Made by a program: the position numbers and the translations under genes. A stretch of DNA of 64,000 bases from the NCBI RefSeq assembly GCF_009914755.1, contig NC_060936.1; one strand, 5' to 3'. Below, one piece after another: positions 12,522-26,955 of this stretch (within the stretch, counting starts at the first letter, position 1; each line of letters opens with the position of its first letter). The stretch is from the human T2T-CHM13v2.0 reference genome, Homo sapiens. The notes beneath the pieces are model-generated. The model saw only the letters and a program-made list of their open reading frames with translations. It did no database searches and was not told where the DNA came from.

Positions 12522-14494
12522 CTATTGAAATAACATTTTAGAATGCAGATAATGGCAAAGGGACCAGTTCTATAGGAAATGTTTACAACAATTTCCTTGT
12601 TTGGGATGCCTAAAAATCAAATATAGTAGGCCAGTGTTGACAAGAAAAGAGAATGACTGAAAAAGAAACAAAAGTTGCAAAAGCTTTTACGCCAGCTCAT
12701 AGATTCCACAGTTATGACATTAACTTACGAAATTTCTATCTAAAATGCTACCAATTGTGGTTTGTAAATGCCCCTGCAGGTTTTAAATGAAAAGGACAGA
12801 AAGATCATTGGCCTATTCTTGCTTTCATTTGTTTAACATCACTGCATTGTCTCATTTTATTGAAAAACCTAGCATTAAACTATAGCATGACCTAGAAATA
12901 TGTTTCATCATAGAGAAATATAGTATACAATTAGGAGTATGGGATTTTAAATCAGATTTTCTGGATGAAAACCAAGCTTTGTTTTTTATTGGATGTGTAC
13001 ATTTAGACAAGTACTTTAACCTTTCTGGGCCAGTTTGTTCTTCTGTACAATGGAGATAAAATACTGCCTACTTAATTTATGATTATTATGAGAAATAAAT
13101 GAGTTAGCATGTGTAAATTGCTTAGAACACTGCTTGGGATATAAGAAGTTTACTTTCAGCATTAACTTTTAATGCTTTTATTATCATTGGGACAAATTTT
13201 CCTAAATGATGATTTTGATCAGAATGTCTTTGGTTCTACTCATTCTTTTTTAAAGTATTTATTAATTTAAATACCTTTTTGTTCCAGAAGTGATTGTGGC
13301 AACTTAAAACAATATGTACTGTTAAAACTGGTGAATAGAAAATGAGCATCAAAATATTGAGACTGAAACTGATATTCAGTATAAATATATATGCCATAAG
13401 ATCCTGCCAATCAAAATTATTCTGCAGAACCAGCTTGTTCTGGGGAAAACCTACTATCATATTTTATCCATGATATTTATGATTTTAAGTTGATTAGGAA
13501 CCTTATATTTTTTTCAGGACCTGAGTTAAATTTGTTGTTGTGGCAACATTTCATTGCTGTGGTTTTAAATCCATCCCCATAATATATTTTTAACATTTTT
13601 AGGTGCTGTTTTTTTTCTTTTTCACTATTCTAGCTATAACTGCAGATGCTCTACATAGCAGAGAAAGGGGGAAAAAAAGGAGGAGGCACTTGCCAATGCA
13701 AGTTAAACAAATTTTCTTTCGTACATATATGTTCAGGTAATAAGCATAGCTTGATCATTACAATTTTTTTACTCTTCATAGACTCTTAAGCTATTATAGG
13801 AAATTCTATTCCATTGGTTGTTTTCCAGTCTTCACATTAAAATTTCCAACTTTTCCATAAATTTTAGTGTCATTTATTTAGTATTTTGAGCTTGTTCTCA
13901 ACTTCTCAAGCTGATCATGTAAAAACTAAAGTTTTGTTTTTGTTGTAACAGATATGCACAGTGTAAAGTTGGTACCTTTATCACTTAGGATTTATATTTG
14001 CCTCCTTGTACCATAAACTAGAAATAACAACAGCATAAGCAAGGTCAGAAGTAAACAGTTCAGAGCTAGTACAGAAGCTAAACAAAGTCATAAAAGGATT
14101 CAGAAATCATTCTGTCTTTGTACTTTTTCTATTCTTAGCATTGACTTACATCATTAAGGCTACAAAAATGACTGCCAGAGCTCCAGCAAAGATATTTGTG
14201 ATGACTGGGGGAAGAAAACAAAAATCCAAGGAACAAAAGGGGAAAAGAACAAGTGTCTGTCCCACTTTTAAGGAGCACTGTTGATGATTTCGCCCAATAA
14301 CTGCCACTCTCATTTCTTGGCTATTTCCAGCTGGGAGGAAGTCTTGGGAATAATGGCCTGCATGTGTGTCCATAATTCCTAAAATTAAATGGGAGCTCTA
14401 TTGATAAAGAAAAGTACATATTAGAGAGGCAACTGGCAGGTTTTGCTATAATCTCTAATTTCTTATATATTCTTTTTGATAGGTGTTTAGTGTT

Positions 14495-16015
<1,521 letters not shown>

Positions 16016-16971
16016 GATAGGTGTTTAGTGTTATTTTTCAACATCTGTTTGAGAAGGTGCTATTGCCATTTTTAGGCAATAACATCCCAGTTTAGCTTTC
16101 TTAACTGAAAGAAAATCTCCTTTACTTGTTTACAAGAAGTAGGGATGTTAGGATTTTCTTACATTCTTAGATCCAGGTGGGAGGCAGCAGTGATTTTAAG
16201 AGTACCGACAAGGAGGGCGTTTTCCTGCTTGGTTCCCTCAGTAGGATAAATCTGTTTTAAAATGTGCCAGATAGATGGTATTATTTTTGTTTGTTTGTTT
16301 AAGACTTCAGTGATTCATCACTGTAAAATCCTGAATGATGAGGAAGAGCAGCTCTTTTTATGTAAAAAGAGAGAAAAAGTCTGTTCACAGTAACTTTCAT
16401 TTAATTAAGTGGTGCTTTGTTACCTTGGTTTAATTTTGAATACCAGGGGATTAGAATTCCTAGTGGGAATCAGGCAGCTTTCACTTGTGTAGTTAGCCAG
16501 TTTTATCAGTAGTGGAAATATGAAAGTAAGCAGGCAAAGATTGTACAAGCCTAGCAGGTAGCACAAGGTGAGATTTGTACCCCACATTGTCTTTATGCGT
16601 GTTTCTCCTTTATTGCATCATGAACCTAGAAAGTAGTAAGTAGTCTGTTGTTTTCGTACATAGCCACCGAGGTTACAGATTCTTTAAGGCAAGGATTTTT
16701 TATATGATGTATTTAATGTGCCAGGCTTTTTTAAATGCTTCTGTTGCATTTTCAGGGAACCATTTGTATATTGCTATAAAGAAATCTGTCTGAATCTACT
16801 GTATATTAAGAGAAGATAATTACATGGTTTAATGACTGCATCTACAGGGCTTTTGGCACCTTGACAGGTTTTTGCATTAGTGTAATGCAATGCAAGAAAC
16901 TCCTGCATATTTACAGCAAAACAGATATTGTGCCAAGGCCTCTAGCCATAACTGAAGTTCTTATCTGAGAA

Positions 16972-17120
16972 GGCAGCGTAGTATTGTGGTTTAAAGAATA
17001 GATTTGGGTGTCATATGCACCTGGATTTCAGTCCTAGCCCTGCTACTTGGGCAAGTCATAACTTCGCTAAGCCTTAGTGGCTTCATTCATACAGTTACCA
17101 AGAGAATAAAAATTTGATAA
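16972..17120 (+). mobile_element. MIR
   Basis: ggcagcgtagtattgtggttt...ttgggcaagtcataacttcgctaagcct matches the MIR 5' region and core. Confidence 0.65.
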
Positions 17121-17125
17121 TACAT

Positions 17126-17617
17126 TGTAGATGTCTCCAATGGTACTTTGTCCTTATTAATCCCCTGCCTTTGAGTCTCGGCTGGACTGAGTGAGATTGG
17201 GCTATTAAAAGATTGTGGCTTCTGTCTTGAGTGCTCTCTCACTCTCATGGTGCACTCTTGCTTTCTTTCATATTCTCTTGGATTGCTTATTTTGGGGGAA
17301 ACCAGCTGCCATCTCATTAGGCAGCCTTATGGAGAGGCTCACATGGGCTAGATTGGAGCTGGATATTTTGAGGCCTCTCAACAGCTACTGAGTGGGTTTG
17401 GAAGCAGATCCTTCCCCAGTTGAACTTTGAGATGACTAGAGTCCTAGCCTACAACTTGATTACAACTTCAGTAAAGAACATGACCCAGAGGCACTCCTGT
17501 AACAGTGCCCAGTTTCTTGACCCATAGAAACTGTGAGATGATAAATATTTGTTGCTTTTCATTTTAAGCCACTAGGTTTTGGGATGCTTTGTTGCACACC
17601 GATAGATAACTAATACA
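17126..17617 (+). mobile_element. MaLR solo LTR (MLT1 family)
   Basis: gaagcagatccttccccagttgaactttgagatgact...tttaagccactaggttttggg...gatagataactaataca is a typical MLT1 3' end. Confidence 0.8.
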
Positions 17618-19349
17618 GCACATAAAGAGGTCACCTGTGCATAGCAGGGAGCAAGTACTACCAATCAACAAGTATTAACAGTTAAAACAAGAAAAGGTCA
17701 GACTTAATCTAGCATTATAGGATTATTTGTCATGTAATATAAAGTAAGTTTCCATATGTGTGTGCAAAGAACTCAAGAATAAGACTTGTGGACAGTCTCT
17801 CTTGCTTGTTTCTGTAGATTGAAACACAAAGTGAAATATCAATCATTTGAGAATTTAAAGATAGTATAGGAAGACAAGAACTTAAAGGTCATCTAACTTC
17901 TGCTAATATTAGGTTTAAATTGTTAAAGGTCAAAACAAAAGGAAGGATACATAGTAATTGACAGATATTGTTCTTTAGATTGAAACAATAGGATTGCTAA
18001 AATCTATAAAAGTTGAATTGATAAAAATACAGCAGAAGTTGTGTTTGTTACTTCAGCAGTAACCTAAATGATATATTTGGGATCCCTATGTTAATTTAAT
18101 TTAGAAAAGACTATCCAACAGATTGTAATATTTTTATTATATCATGATCTTGAAAAAAAAGATATAGGAAAAGGTTTTTCATTGTTTTGGAGCATGTAAT
18201 CAAATTAGGTTGAAAAACTTTATGTGGCCTGTTATATTAAGATAAGTTAGCCTGCCTTGCCGGAATCAATTCATCTTATATTTGAGATAAATTGTTTATT
18301 TACCATTGAACTCTATAAAGTAGGATGTGGAACATATTTATTAATATGTAAATATAGCCTTATGGATCAGAACCCCAAGATAGGATTTCTGTGCAGCTAC
18401 TATACAATATTATCCACCTTTGCTTTTCTCTAAAATTCTAAATCTATGGCTTTTGTTTTTTAAGTTGTTTTGGAAATTTTTAGATTTTCTTTGGAAATTG
18501 TTGGAAACAGTTGTTACCAGAATTATTTTCTTTTCAAATTCATTAAACTTTACATATGGAAAGTTATAGTAGATTCTGCCCAGATGATTTCTTGAAGAGC
18601 AAAAATGAGTATTTCCATTTCCCAGTGGATTATTTGGTAGTTTGGGGTAAAAAGACAGAACTATGCAAATACGATGAACTTACTTTAGATGACTCAAAAC
18701 AGAGAATTTACTTACCAGGCATCTTTAAAACAAAAGAAAAAAATAGTTCTTTAGTTGTGGTCAAAAGGTTTTAAGACTCTTTATACCCATTTTTCATGCT
18801 CTAAAAGAGCATCTGTAATTCATCTTGTGCATGCTGGGAAGTTACACAGCTTCTTTATATGTTGACATTTTTGAACTATCTAAATAGATAGATGTGGAAT
18901 ATACTCTAAAGTCAAGAAGTATTCTCAAAGAATAGGAGACAGGAACTCTGATTTGAAGTCTTCATGGAATGCGAATGATGGCTTTGAATGTTGTGGTGAA
19001 GAGGTTAGGCCTAAATTTTCTGACGTTCAAAGTTAAGGCACCCAGCACTGCGTTAGTTCAAACCACTGGCCAGATTATGTTGAATATTTTAGAGTCCAAA
19101 TTATTCTTAACATGTATTTTATATAAAACTATTATCCTGAAATTGGTTCAGAGTCTCTTTCAGTGATTCTGAGAAGTTCATAGAAAGTGAACATTTTTAA
19201 TCCTCCATTTCCCAAACTTACTTGACTTAAAGGTATTTTTTTTATTTTTAATAAGCAGGACACATGCTGTACAGAAATGGCATTTTGTGGAACACGTTGT
19301 AAGAAACACTACTCTGATATATGAGGACCTTAACAATCTGGAAAATAAC

Positions 19350-19757
19350 TGTTTGTTTCCTAGGGCTACTGTGGCAATTTACAACAAACTGAGGGGCTTG
19401 AAACAAGATAAATTTATTTTCTCACAATTCTGTAGGCCAGAAGCCCCAAATCAAGATGTCATCAGGGCCATGCTCTCAAAGGCTCTAAGGAAGTCTGTTC
19501 CATGCCTCTGTCTTAGCTTCTAGTGATTCGGCCTCCATCTTCACATAGACTTCTCCTTTGTATCTGTGTCTCTGTTTCTCTTCGTGTAAAGACACTAGTG
19601 ATTGGATTGAAGCCCTACCCTAATCCAGTAAGAGCCCATCTCAGTTTACATCTTAATTACATCAGCAAAAACCCTATTTCCAAATAAGCTCACATTCACA
19701 AGTGTGGGGGTAGGACTTGAACATATCTTTTTGGGGGACACAATTCAACCCATTACA
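19350..19757 (-). mobile_element. MaLR solo LTR (MLT1A-C-like)
   Basis: tttcctagggctactgt...aaatttattttctcacaattctg...gggggacacaattcaacccattaca. Flanks ATAAC/ATAAT match 4/5, consistent with a TSD. Confidence 0.85.
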
Positions 19758-19812
19758 ATAATTATCTGTTGAATCGAATATCCCACTGTTCTCTTACAAG
19801 ATCATGTGCTAG

Positions 19813-20012
19813 CAAGCTTGTGCAACCCGCCTTATTTTGTTGTTTTTGTTCTGTTTTGTTTTGCTTTAGGTTTTTAGCAGCTTGAAGCCGTGGTTTTTAG
19901 TTTCTGTTTCTAGTGATAAGCAGAAAAGAGCGATGGGGAAGGGACTTTACTGGCCCAATCAGAAACAGAAACTAAGAACCCATGACTGTATTCTCTTCCT
20001 TGGACATCCCCG
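19813..20012 (-). mobile_element. MER30B-like hAT DNA transposon MITE
   Basis: caagcttgtgcaacccgcc...agaaacagaaactaagaacccatgactgta...ttggacatcccc matches the recalled MER30B consensus in reverse. Confidence 0.8.
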
Positions 20013-20860
20013 AGTGTCCCAGGACTTAGTCCTGTAACCTTTTCTCTTTTATCCACTTTCATTCCCTAAATATTTTTATCTGTGCTTTAAATACCTTCTA
20101 TATGGAGATGACGTCCACGTTTTTATTTCAAGGCCTGATATCTCCCCTGAACTGCAGACCCCTATATCTGACATCTCCAACATGTCTGATGAGATTAGAC
20201 AAATTTATCATGTCTGAAACAAAACAGTTTTCCTCTGGCCAACTCACTCCAGCTCCAGTCTATCATATCTCAGGATAGGACACTATTATTCAAAGAATCG
20301 CCTTTTATTTCTCTTTTCCTTTCATCTATACTTCCAATCCATCAGCAACTCAAGTTGGTCCTGTCTTAAAATCCTAAACCTGAACTGTTCTTAAGCCACC
20401 ATTGCCAATATTCTGGTCAAATTTATATCTTTTCCAGACTGAAAGTCTCCTAGCTGGCTTTTCTTCTTCCACTCTTGTCCCGCTACAGTCTGTTTTCCAC
20501 GTAATAATTTGTACGATATTTTTCAAACACAAAGCATGGTCATACTCCTGCTGAAAACTCTCCAATGTCTTCCCATCAAACTGCAAACCTTTAGGGCCCT
20601 TTATGCTCTGGCCTCCATCTACTTCTCTGATCTCCTCCCCTACCAGTCTCCTCCTTGGTAATTTTGCTCCAATCTTAATGGATTTCTTACCAGTTCTCCA
20701 TCAAACCAAGTCTGCACCCCCCTTTTGGAGTTTTTTCCTTGTGTTTCCAGCTACCTTGAGAATTTCTTTCCCCATGTTTTTAGATAGCTCCCTTCTTGTC
20801 TCTTTTCAAGTCTCTTAATTACCACCTTCTCTAAGTGGTCTTCTCTAGTCACTTTACCCA
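20013..20860 (+). mobile_element. L2 fragment
   Basis: Pyrimidine-rich L2-like body (tctcccctgaactgcagacccctatatctgacatctcc; catactcctgctgaaaactctccaatg). Confidence 0.65.
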
Positions 20861-21057
20861 TGAGTGGATTTGCTGGATAGCCATCCTAGCTCTTTGGAAA
20901 AATGAAGTCATTTTTAAGCATTAATTTAAAATATGTAGGAGTGTAAGTTGGAAAAGTAACATTGATAAAGGTAGATGTAACATGTTCACATTTCTTAGTG
21001 TATTTTGTTGGTAGAAGCTCAAAACATTGAAAGTGCAATTAGTACTATGTGTATTTG

Positions 21058-21094
21058 ACACACACACACACATACACATACACACATATATATA
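21058..21094. repeat. (CA)n/(TA)n microsatellite
   Basis: acacacacacacacatacacatacacacatatatatat is visible directly. Confidence 0.9.
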
Positions 21095-22819
21095 TTTCAA
21101 AACAATGAATTATATCTTTTTGGATGTGAACAGTCTTCTTAATAAACAGTCCAATTAAAATAAGCCAGATGTGTTTGTAATTGACTTTGAATGTTGCACT
21201 TTAGACCAATGTAAATTCACCATCATATTGCATTTTAATGACTGGCAAATAAAAAGCTAAGGTCAAGAGATGTTTTATTTTTCTTTTACTTTTGCAATGG
21301 CATGAAACACTCATGAAAGGGTAAATCTAACACATGAAATTATTAAGAAGACATGCTATTTCCCCCCACAAGCTTAATAAAATTAAAAATTTTAGTAAGT
21401 AGTATGCTTCTAAAAGGCTTTCAGCAGTTATACCAGCAAACTGAAGCCTAGTTGTCTATTTCAGAAACTTCAGAATTTCCAGATTTTTCAGATATGTGTA
21501 AGAGCTGAATAGAAATTAAAGCAACAGAAAATGGAAGAGAAAACAAATTGGTTAGAGCTACTCTATTATGAAGAGATTTTTAACCCCATATCAAAAAAAT
21601 ATTTGCCACCACTACTCTGGACATAATATTTTTCATTACTATGTCACAGAATACAAATCTTTGATTCACTTTGAAATGAAAGCCACAAATACAGAACTAA
21701 GTCCCATACCTTAAGGAGCAAAAAAGGTGAATATTTTGCCAAAATTCTTCTCGCCTCAATAAAGGATAAGAAGGTCATGCCTAATAAAACAGTAACTGTT
21801 GAAATTCAGGAATTTGCCAAGAACATCAGTTTGATGTATTTGTTTCAAAGAGAGGAATTCAACATCCTTATAAGAGAAAGGTTGTATGTGTTCCATCCCA
21901 CAGCCATGATCTATGTACTATGCCCAAGAAGGACCCACAAAAGTGGAAGCTCAGCTTTGTGATGGCCCAATCTCTGTTTTCCTCCTCATACAGTATCGGT
22001 TCGCCTTGTTGCTTCTTAAAGTATTGTGCTCCTGTTTATTTAAAGGATTCTTACTTTCAGAGTGCTCTGGGGAGGGAGTGGTAAAGATGTGAAGTGAGCC
22101 TTGGCAGCTGCCTAAAACCAAAACCTTCATGCCTACCATCTTATAGTCAGTAATTCCTTGGTGACATCTAACACAAGCAAGAGAAGCGTGTGGTGTGTTT
22201 AAACAGAAATCTATCAAACTTTTTTTGTCCTTATATATATATCCTCTTAAAAAATTACAGAAATACTCCTTTTGAATGCACAAATTCAGATTATTGTTAC
22301 TTAGCAACAGAGGTTGAATGCTTGTTACACATTGTGAAATTGTACTATATTCCCTCAAAAGGAGAAAAGTTTCTCATTTATCTAGCTTCTAAAAATTCTA
22401 AGATATTAAGTCATATTTGTTTTTAATGTATCTCCTGATTGTTCTGGGCGATTTGTGAAGGATTTTGAATTGTTAAAGCTAGCACATATGTTATATGTAC
22501 ACAAGTTATGAAGCATAATAGTAAAACAAACACCCATGAAGCCACCTCCAAACTGAATTACGTATCTCATCCTGCCAGATTCATCCTCCAAATACAACTA
22601 TCCTCAGTTCAGTTTTTATTGCATTGTTTACTTACCTTAAAAAGAAATGGGTTTTTGCCTACTTATATGTCTCAAAATAACATACCGCTGAGTTCTGCTT
22701 ATATTTTGTGCCTATGATAAAAGAGTTATGAGACTATCTGTAGTCTGGTCACTTCCTTCTTAAACTCAGTTTTCTTACAAATGCCCACTAATTTATATTC
22801 TTCTGAAATATTTTATATT

Positions 22820-23480
22820 GGCAATATATGTTATATTAAGGTTTATTATAAAGCTGTAGTAATTAAAATAGCATTACATTTGTGTAGAGATAGGTGAATT
22901 GTTCAAGGGAACAGGATGGAGAGCCTAAAGACAGGTTCCTGCATATATGGAAAGCTGATTTATAATTGGAGGTAGCATTGCCAACTACATATTCTTTGGC
23001 TCATACAATTTCCACAAGCTATACTAGCACGTGTATACAGAGGTCTGTGTTGAAGGATGTTCATTACAGCCTTAATTATAATAGCCAAATATTATGAACA
23101 ATCTTAATGTCTGTGAATATAATGCTTTAGAATATTAAAATATCTGTTACATATATTATAACTATAAAATGAAAACTATGCAACGGTTTAAAAGGAAAAA
23201 AAAACAAGAGACACTGATCCTCTATAACACTGCAGTTGGGACTGATAACTTAGTATACTCTCTGGGAAGAAATTTGGCAATATGTATCACAATTTACAAT
23301 ATGCAGATGTGACAGATTTCAGTACCTTGAACATCTTTTGAAGGGTGTGCACTCAGGTTGTAAATTTTATTGCTTGAAAAACAACAAAAAAGTTAGAATA
23401 AACTTACATGTCTGTCAATGGGAAAGTAGCTAAATAAATTATGAAATACAGTTAAGCAATTTTTTAAAATGAGATAGGGA
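22820..23480 (+). mobile_element. Ancient L1M (L1ME-like) fragments
   Basis: tattataaagctgtagtaattaaaatagc; ggatgttcattacagcc; aatttggcaatatgtatc resemble degraded L1 ORF2 3' sequence. Confidence 0.55.
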
Positions 23481-24730
23481 AAACTTCCAGTAATGGCAAT
23501 GAAATAAAGTGATTGTGTGGACCCTCTCAAACTTAAGAATTATAAGGATTATAAGATGTGGACCACATATTTTTAAAAACCCATCTTTAAATGCTTAAAA
23601 ACATCCAAAAGTAGACAGAAATCACTGGAGAATGGACTGGAACTGAGTATTGGTATATTCTTCTGTACTGTTTAATTTAGACCAAGTGCAAAATAGTTTT
23701 AGAAGCTGAAAATACTTAGATTTCAATCTGTTTTACATATATTAAAATGAAACTTTTAAAACTATGACTTTAATCTCCCATGTATCTTTTAGATTAGGTT
23801 AGCATGCTTTGGTTCTTAGCATTAAAAGTACATCTGTCATTTTCCAGTAGATTGCCTTGTTTGATTGGGGTTATGTATCTTGATTCACTCAATCTCAGCA
23901 AATATTTATTGCTTGTCTAACATGTGCCAGACCCCCTCTAGATGCTAGGGATAAAGTAGTTAGCAAGACAGACAAGATTTCTGCGTACCTGGGTCTTACA
24001 TTCTAAGATCTCTTTTGTTTAATAGTCTTATAAGCATAAGGTATGTATTCACCTGAAGGTATCATCCAGTAGAGGAAGAAGGAAAAAAAACTGTGAGGAA
24101 AAATGATAAGCAGAAATCTTACTTCTGTATATATAATAGAATCTCCGAATATTGGAATTGAAGGGATTCAGTATAGTTCAATGATTTTACAGGAGCATTT
24201 TGCTAAATATAGTGATTCTGTTTGTTTAATTCTTAGAATATTTCAATATTTTAGTCATCCAATTTTTCAGCCATTTTGAGTATAGTAGATTATGGAAGTA
24301 TACTTTAATGAGAATTATTGTTCAGGTTTGCCTTTGTGGGGGATGCAGGGGCTTGTGAGAAGAATGACAACTTTTACATAAGTATGACAAGTATATTATG
24401 AAATGGAATTTATTTGTCTTTTAATTCCTCCATTGTTCTGTAACCTATAGGGAATGTGTTTGCCTAGTTTTGTTATTTTTACCCTATGGGCAAATTTTTT
24501 AGGGCCAAAAAGTTTGAAGCTTTTCTTCTTATATTCAATAATGTTTACCATCCAGAGAGTTCTTTATTATATATAATCCAAATGATTTCCCTTACTAACC
24601 CTCTTGTTTCGTTTACCATATGAGTTTGCTATTGAAATATTAAAACATCCTAATAAAACATCTCTACCTTAGCCAAGGGACAAGAACAAAAAAAGTTTCA
24701 ACAGTATCAAATATTTTGTGTGTTGTTTTA

Positions 24731-25020
24731 TTTTTTTAAAACAGAGTCTCACTCTGTCACCCAGGCTGGAGTGCAGTGGCGCAATCTTGGCTCACTGCAA
24801 CCTCTGTCTCCCGGGTTCAATAAATTCTTTTGCCTCAACCTCCTAAGTAGCTGAGATTACAGGTGTGCACCACCATGCGCAGCTAATTTTTTATATATTT
24901 AGTAGAGATGGTGTTTCACCATGTTGGCCAGGCTGGTCGCAAACTCCTGACCTCAAATGATTCGCCCACCTCAGCCTCCCAAAGTGCTGGGATTACAGGT
25001 GTGAACCTCTGCACCTGGCC
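24731..25020 (-). mobile_element. Alu (AluS-like), antisense to the host gene
   Basis: agagtctcactctgtcacccaggctggagtgcagtggcgcaatc...cccaaagtgctgggattacagg; complete dimer. Confidence 0.95.
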
Positions 25021-25512
25021 TCAAATGTTTTTTAAAGCATACTTTTCCCCAAAACTTTCTCTAATTTCAGCAAATTGTTTATCTCCTCCCTTATAATTTG
25101 TTCCACTAAACCCTGTGTATGATGTGATTATGCTGTGTTTCTGTGCTATGTACTTATTTTGTTACTTGTATCTGTAATATATTTGTGGATGTTTGGTTGC
25201 GTATATACACTAAGAACTGGCATTTTAATACTATTTTATGTTTTCTGAAATCATTCTGATCAAATGTATGATATTTCTCTAATAACTGAGTAACAACATC
25301 AGTTATAAAACTATAATGATTATCATCTCATCTTAGATGATTTAGGCCAGAAAGAGTGACTTTACTGTCATTCAGTTGAAAGTACTATTTGATTTCCTAA
25401 ATTGTCTCATCTGGAAAGTTTTTTCTAGTGGGCTTCAGAGACATAATATTCTTTATCCTTCAACTCAGTATTTTTTTTTCTCTTTCTCTCTCTCTTTAAA
25501 AAAATTAAACAG

Positions 25513-25623
25513 CTCGATCAAGTCATCCGCCAAAGAAGCCTGTCCAGTTTGGAACTGTTCCTCTCCTGTGCACAGAAACAGTTAAGTGCTTTAATAGCTA
25601 CGGAACCAGTTGACATTGAATAA
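25513..25623 (+). CDS. Probable terminal coding exon of an unidentified + strand gene (LDQVIRQRSLSSLELFLSCAQKQLSALIATEPVDIE*)
   Basis: A long polypyrimidine tract (~25470-25497) then aacAG at 25511-25512. A phase-0 frame of 36 codons plus TAA, more GC-rich and CpG-containing than the flanks, not repeat-like, and followed by a 3'UTR-like region with poly(A) signals. Confidence 0.7.
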   Translation, partial: LDQVIRQRSLSSLELFLSCAQKQLSALIATEPVDIE

Positions 25624-26615
25624 AAAGAACATGACAAACCCACACTGGCATTGGATAAATCATATTACACCTTCAAAATACACACTCTGAATTATAAAGA
25701 TGTGTTTGTTTTCTTTCCAAATCATGTAGAATTGATTTCCAGTTCAAGGATAAACCAAAACAATATTTAGAACTATCAAGTGATCTAATTTATTTTCTTT
25801 TGGTTTCTTCTTTACATTTACTGTTATTTTATTATTATTAGTAGTAGCAGCAACAGAGTATGATATGACCCAAAAGCCATTGTAAAGTGCCACATTACCA
25901 AAATTAATTAAGTAAACTTTATAGCCTGTGGGAGTCTATTATATATTATTTTGCAAAAGTAGTAAATATATTATTGTTTCATGATGACTCTTGATGAGAT
26001 GCTAGAATGTAACCATACATTTATCTTATTTTGAGGATAGAAATAGCATGGATTTCAACATCACTTATTTATCTGTATAATTGGAAATAAAACACCGATA
26101 TGATAGAGAATCATTCCGGCATTACCTAACCTCTTCTGCAGTTGGATCTATGTATTTTCATTGGTCTACTGAAAACAAACAATACAATTAAAAGCACTAA
26201 AGATTATTATATTAATTCAACTTTGATCTGATATATCACTTAAACTAAAGGGGTGTGTGTGGTGTATGCTTGTTTCCTATTTCTGCTCTTTAAAGATACT
26301 TTGAATCAATAAAACCATTAGTCTACAAATCAAATTGTGAACTTAATCTCTAGAAAGAGAATATAACTCAGCCATTTATAGGAATTTAGGTTCAAGTACA
26401 GGATATATGAAATCTTTTCCCAGTATTTCAGAATGTACTTAATTCACAGGCAGGATGCTTCAATGCAAAATCATGAATATTTTTAATTCAAAACTAAAAT
26501 GTCATTAATATGTATGTATGCAAATGTTTTATCTTATTTTCTGAAATGCATCTACTTTCATGGGCTTTGTACGTTTCTGAGATTTCTCAGTGTAATAAAA
26601 AGAGCTCCCAAACTT
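25624..26615 (+). other. Putative ~1 kb AU-rich 3'UTR
   Basis: AT-rich sequence with no recognisable repeat, lying between the stop codon and the distal AATAAA plus T/GT-rich element. Confidence 0.6.
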
Positions 26616-26650
26616 ATTTGGTTGTTACTTTTTGTTTTTTTTTAAATTTC
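26594..26650 (+). terminator. Distal polyadenylation signal AATAAA (26594-26599) with downstream GT/T-rich element
   Basis: AATAAA-aagagctcccaaac-ttatttggttgttactttttgttttttttt has canonical spacing. Additional AATAAA at 26086 and 26308. Confidence 0.65.
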
Positions 26651-26759
26651 TTTAAAAAATATATTTTATTTTTTTTTAGAATTTTTCTTTCTCAAGTTGA
26701 AATTTTCTATCCTAAGTCGTTTTATCACTCGAATATTTTAAGAACAAGACTAGCCTTCC

Positions 26760-26955
26760 TTATAGACCTGCTTGGCCTTCTAGCCCTGCTAAATTTTAAT
26801 TGTAGATCCTTAGACAAGCTGCCTAACTAGTTAGTTAGACAAGCTGCCTAACTAATTTGAGTCTCAGTTTTCTCATTTGTGAGGTAGAAAGAGTGATTTT
26901 TATAGGCTATTAAAAAAATAAATCTTGTAAAGTACCCCATATAGTGCTTGCTGGT
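26760..26955 (+). mobile_element. MIR
   Basis: ccttagacaag...tgagtctcagttttctcatttgtga core motif. Confidence 0.65.

Noticed and set aside
25376-25585. ORF-track 69-aa ORF
   Set aside because: It runs through the polypyrimidine tract in a different frame from the spliced exon; the phase-0 exon reading fits better.
25513-25623. Assigning a gene symbol to the terminal exon
   Set aside because: I do not recognise the peptide with confidence; a database search is needed.
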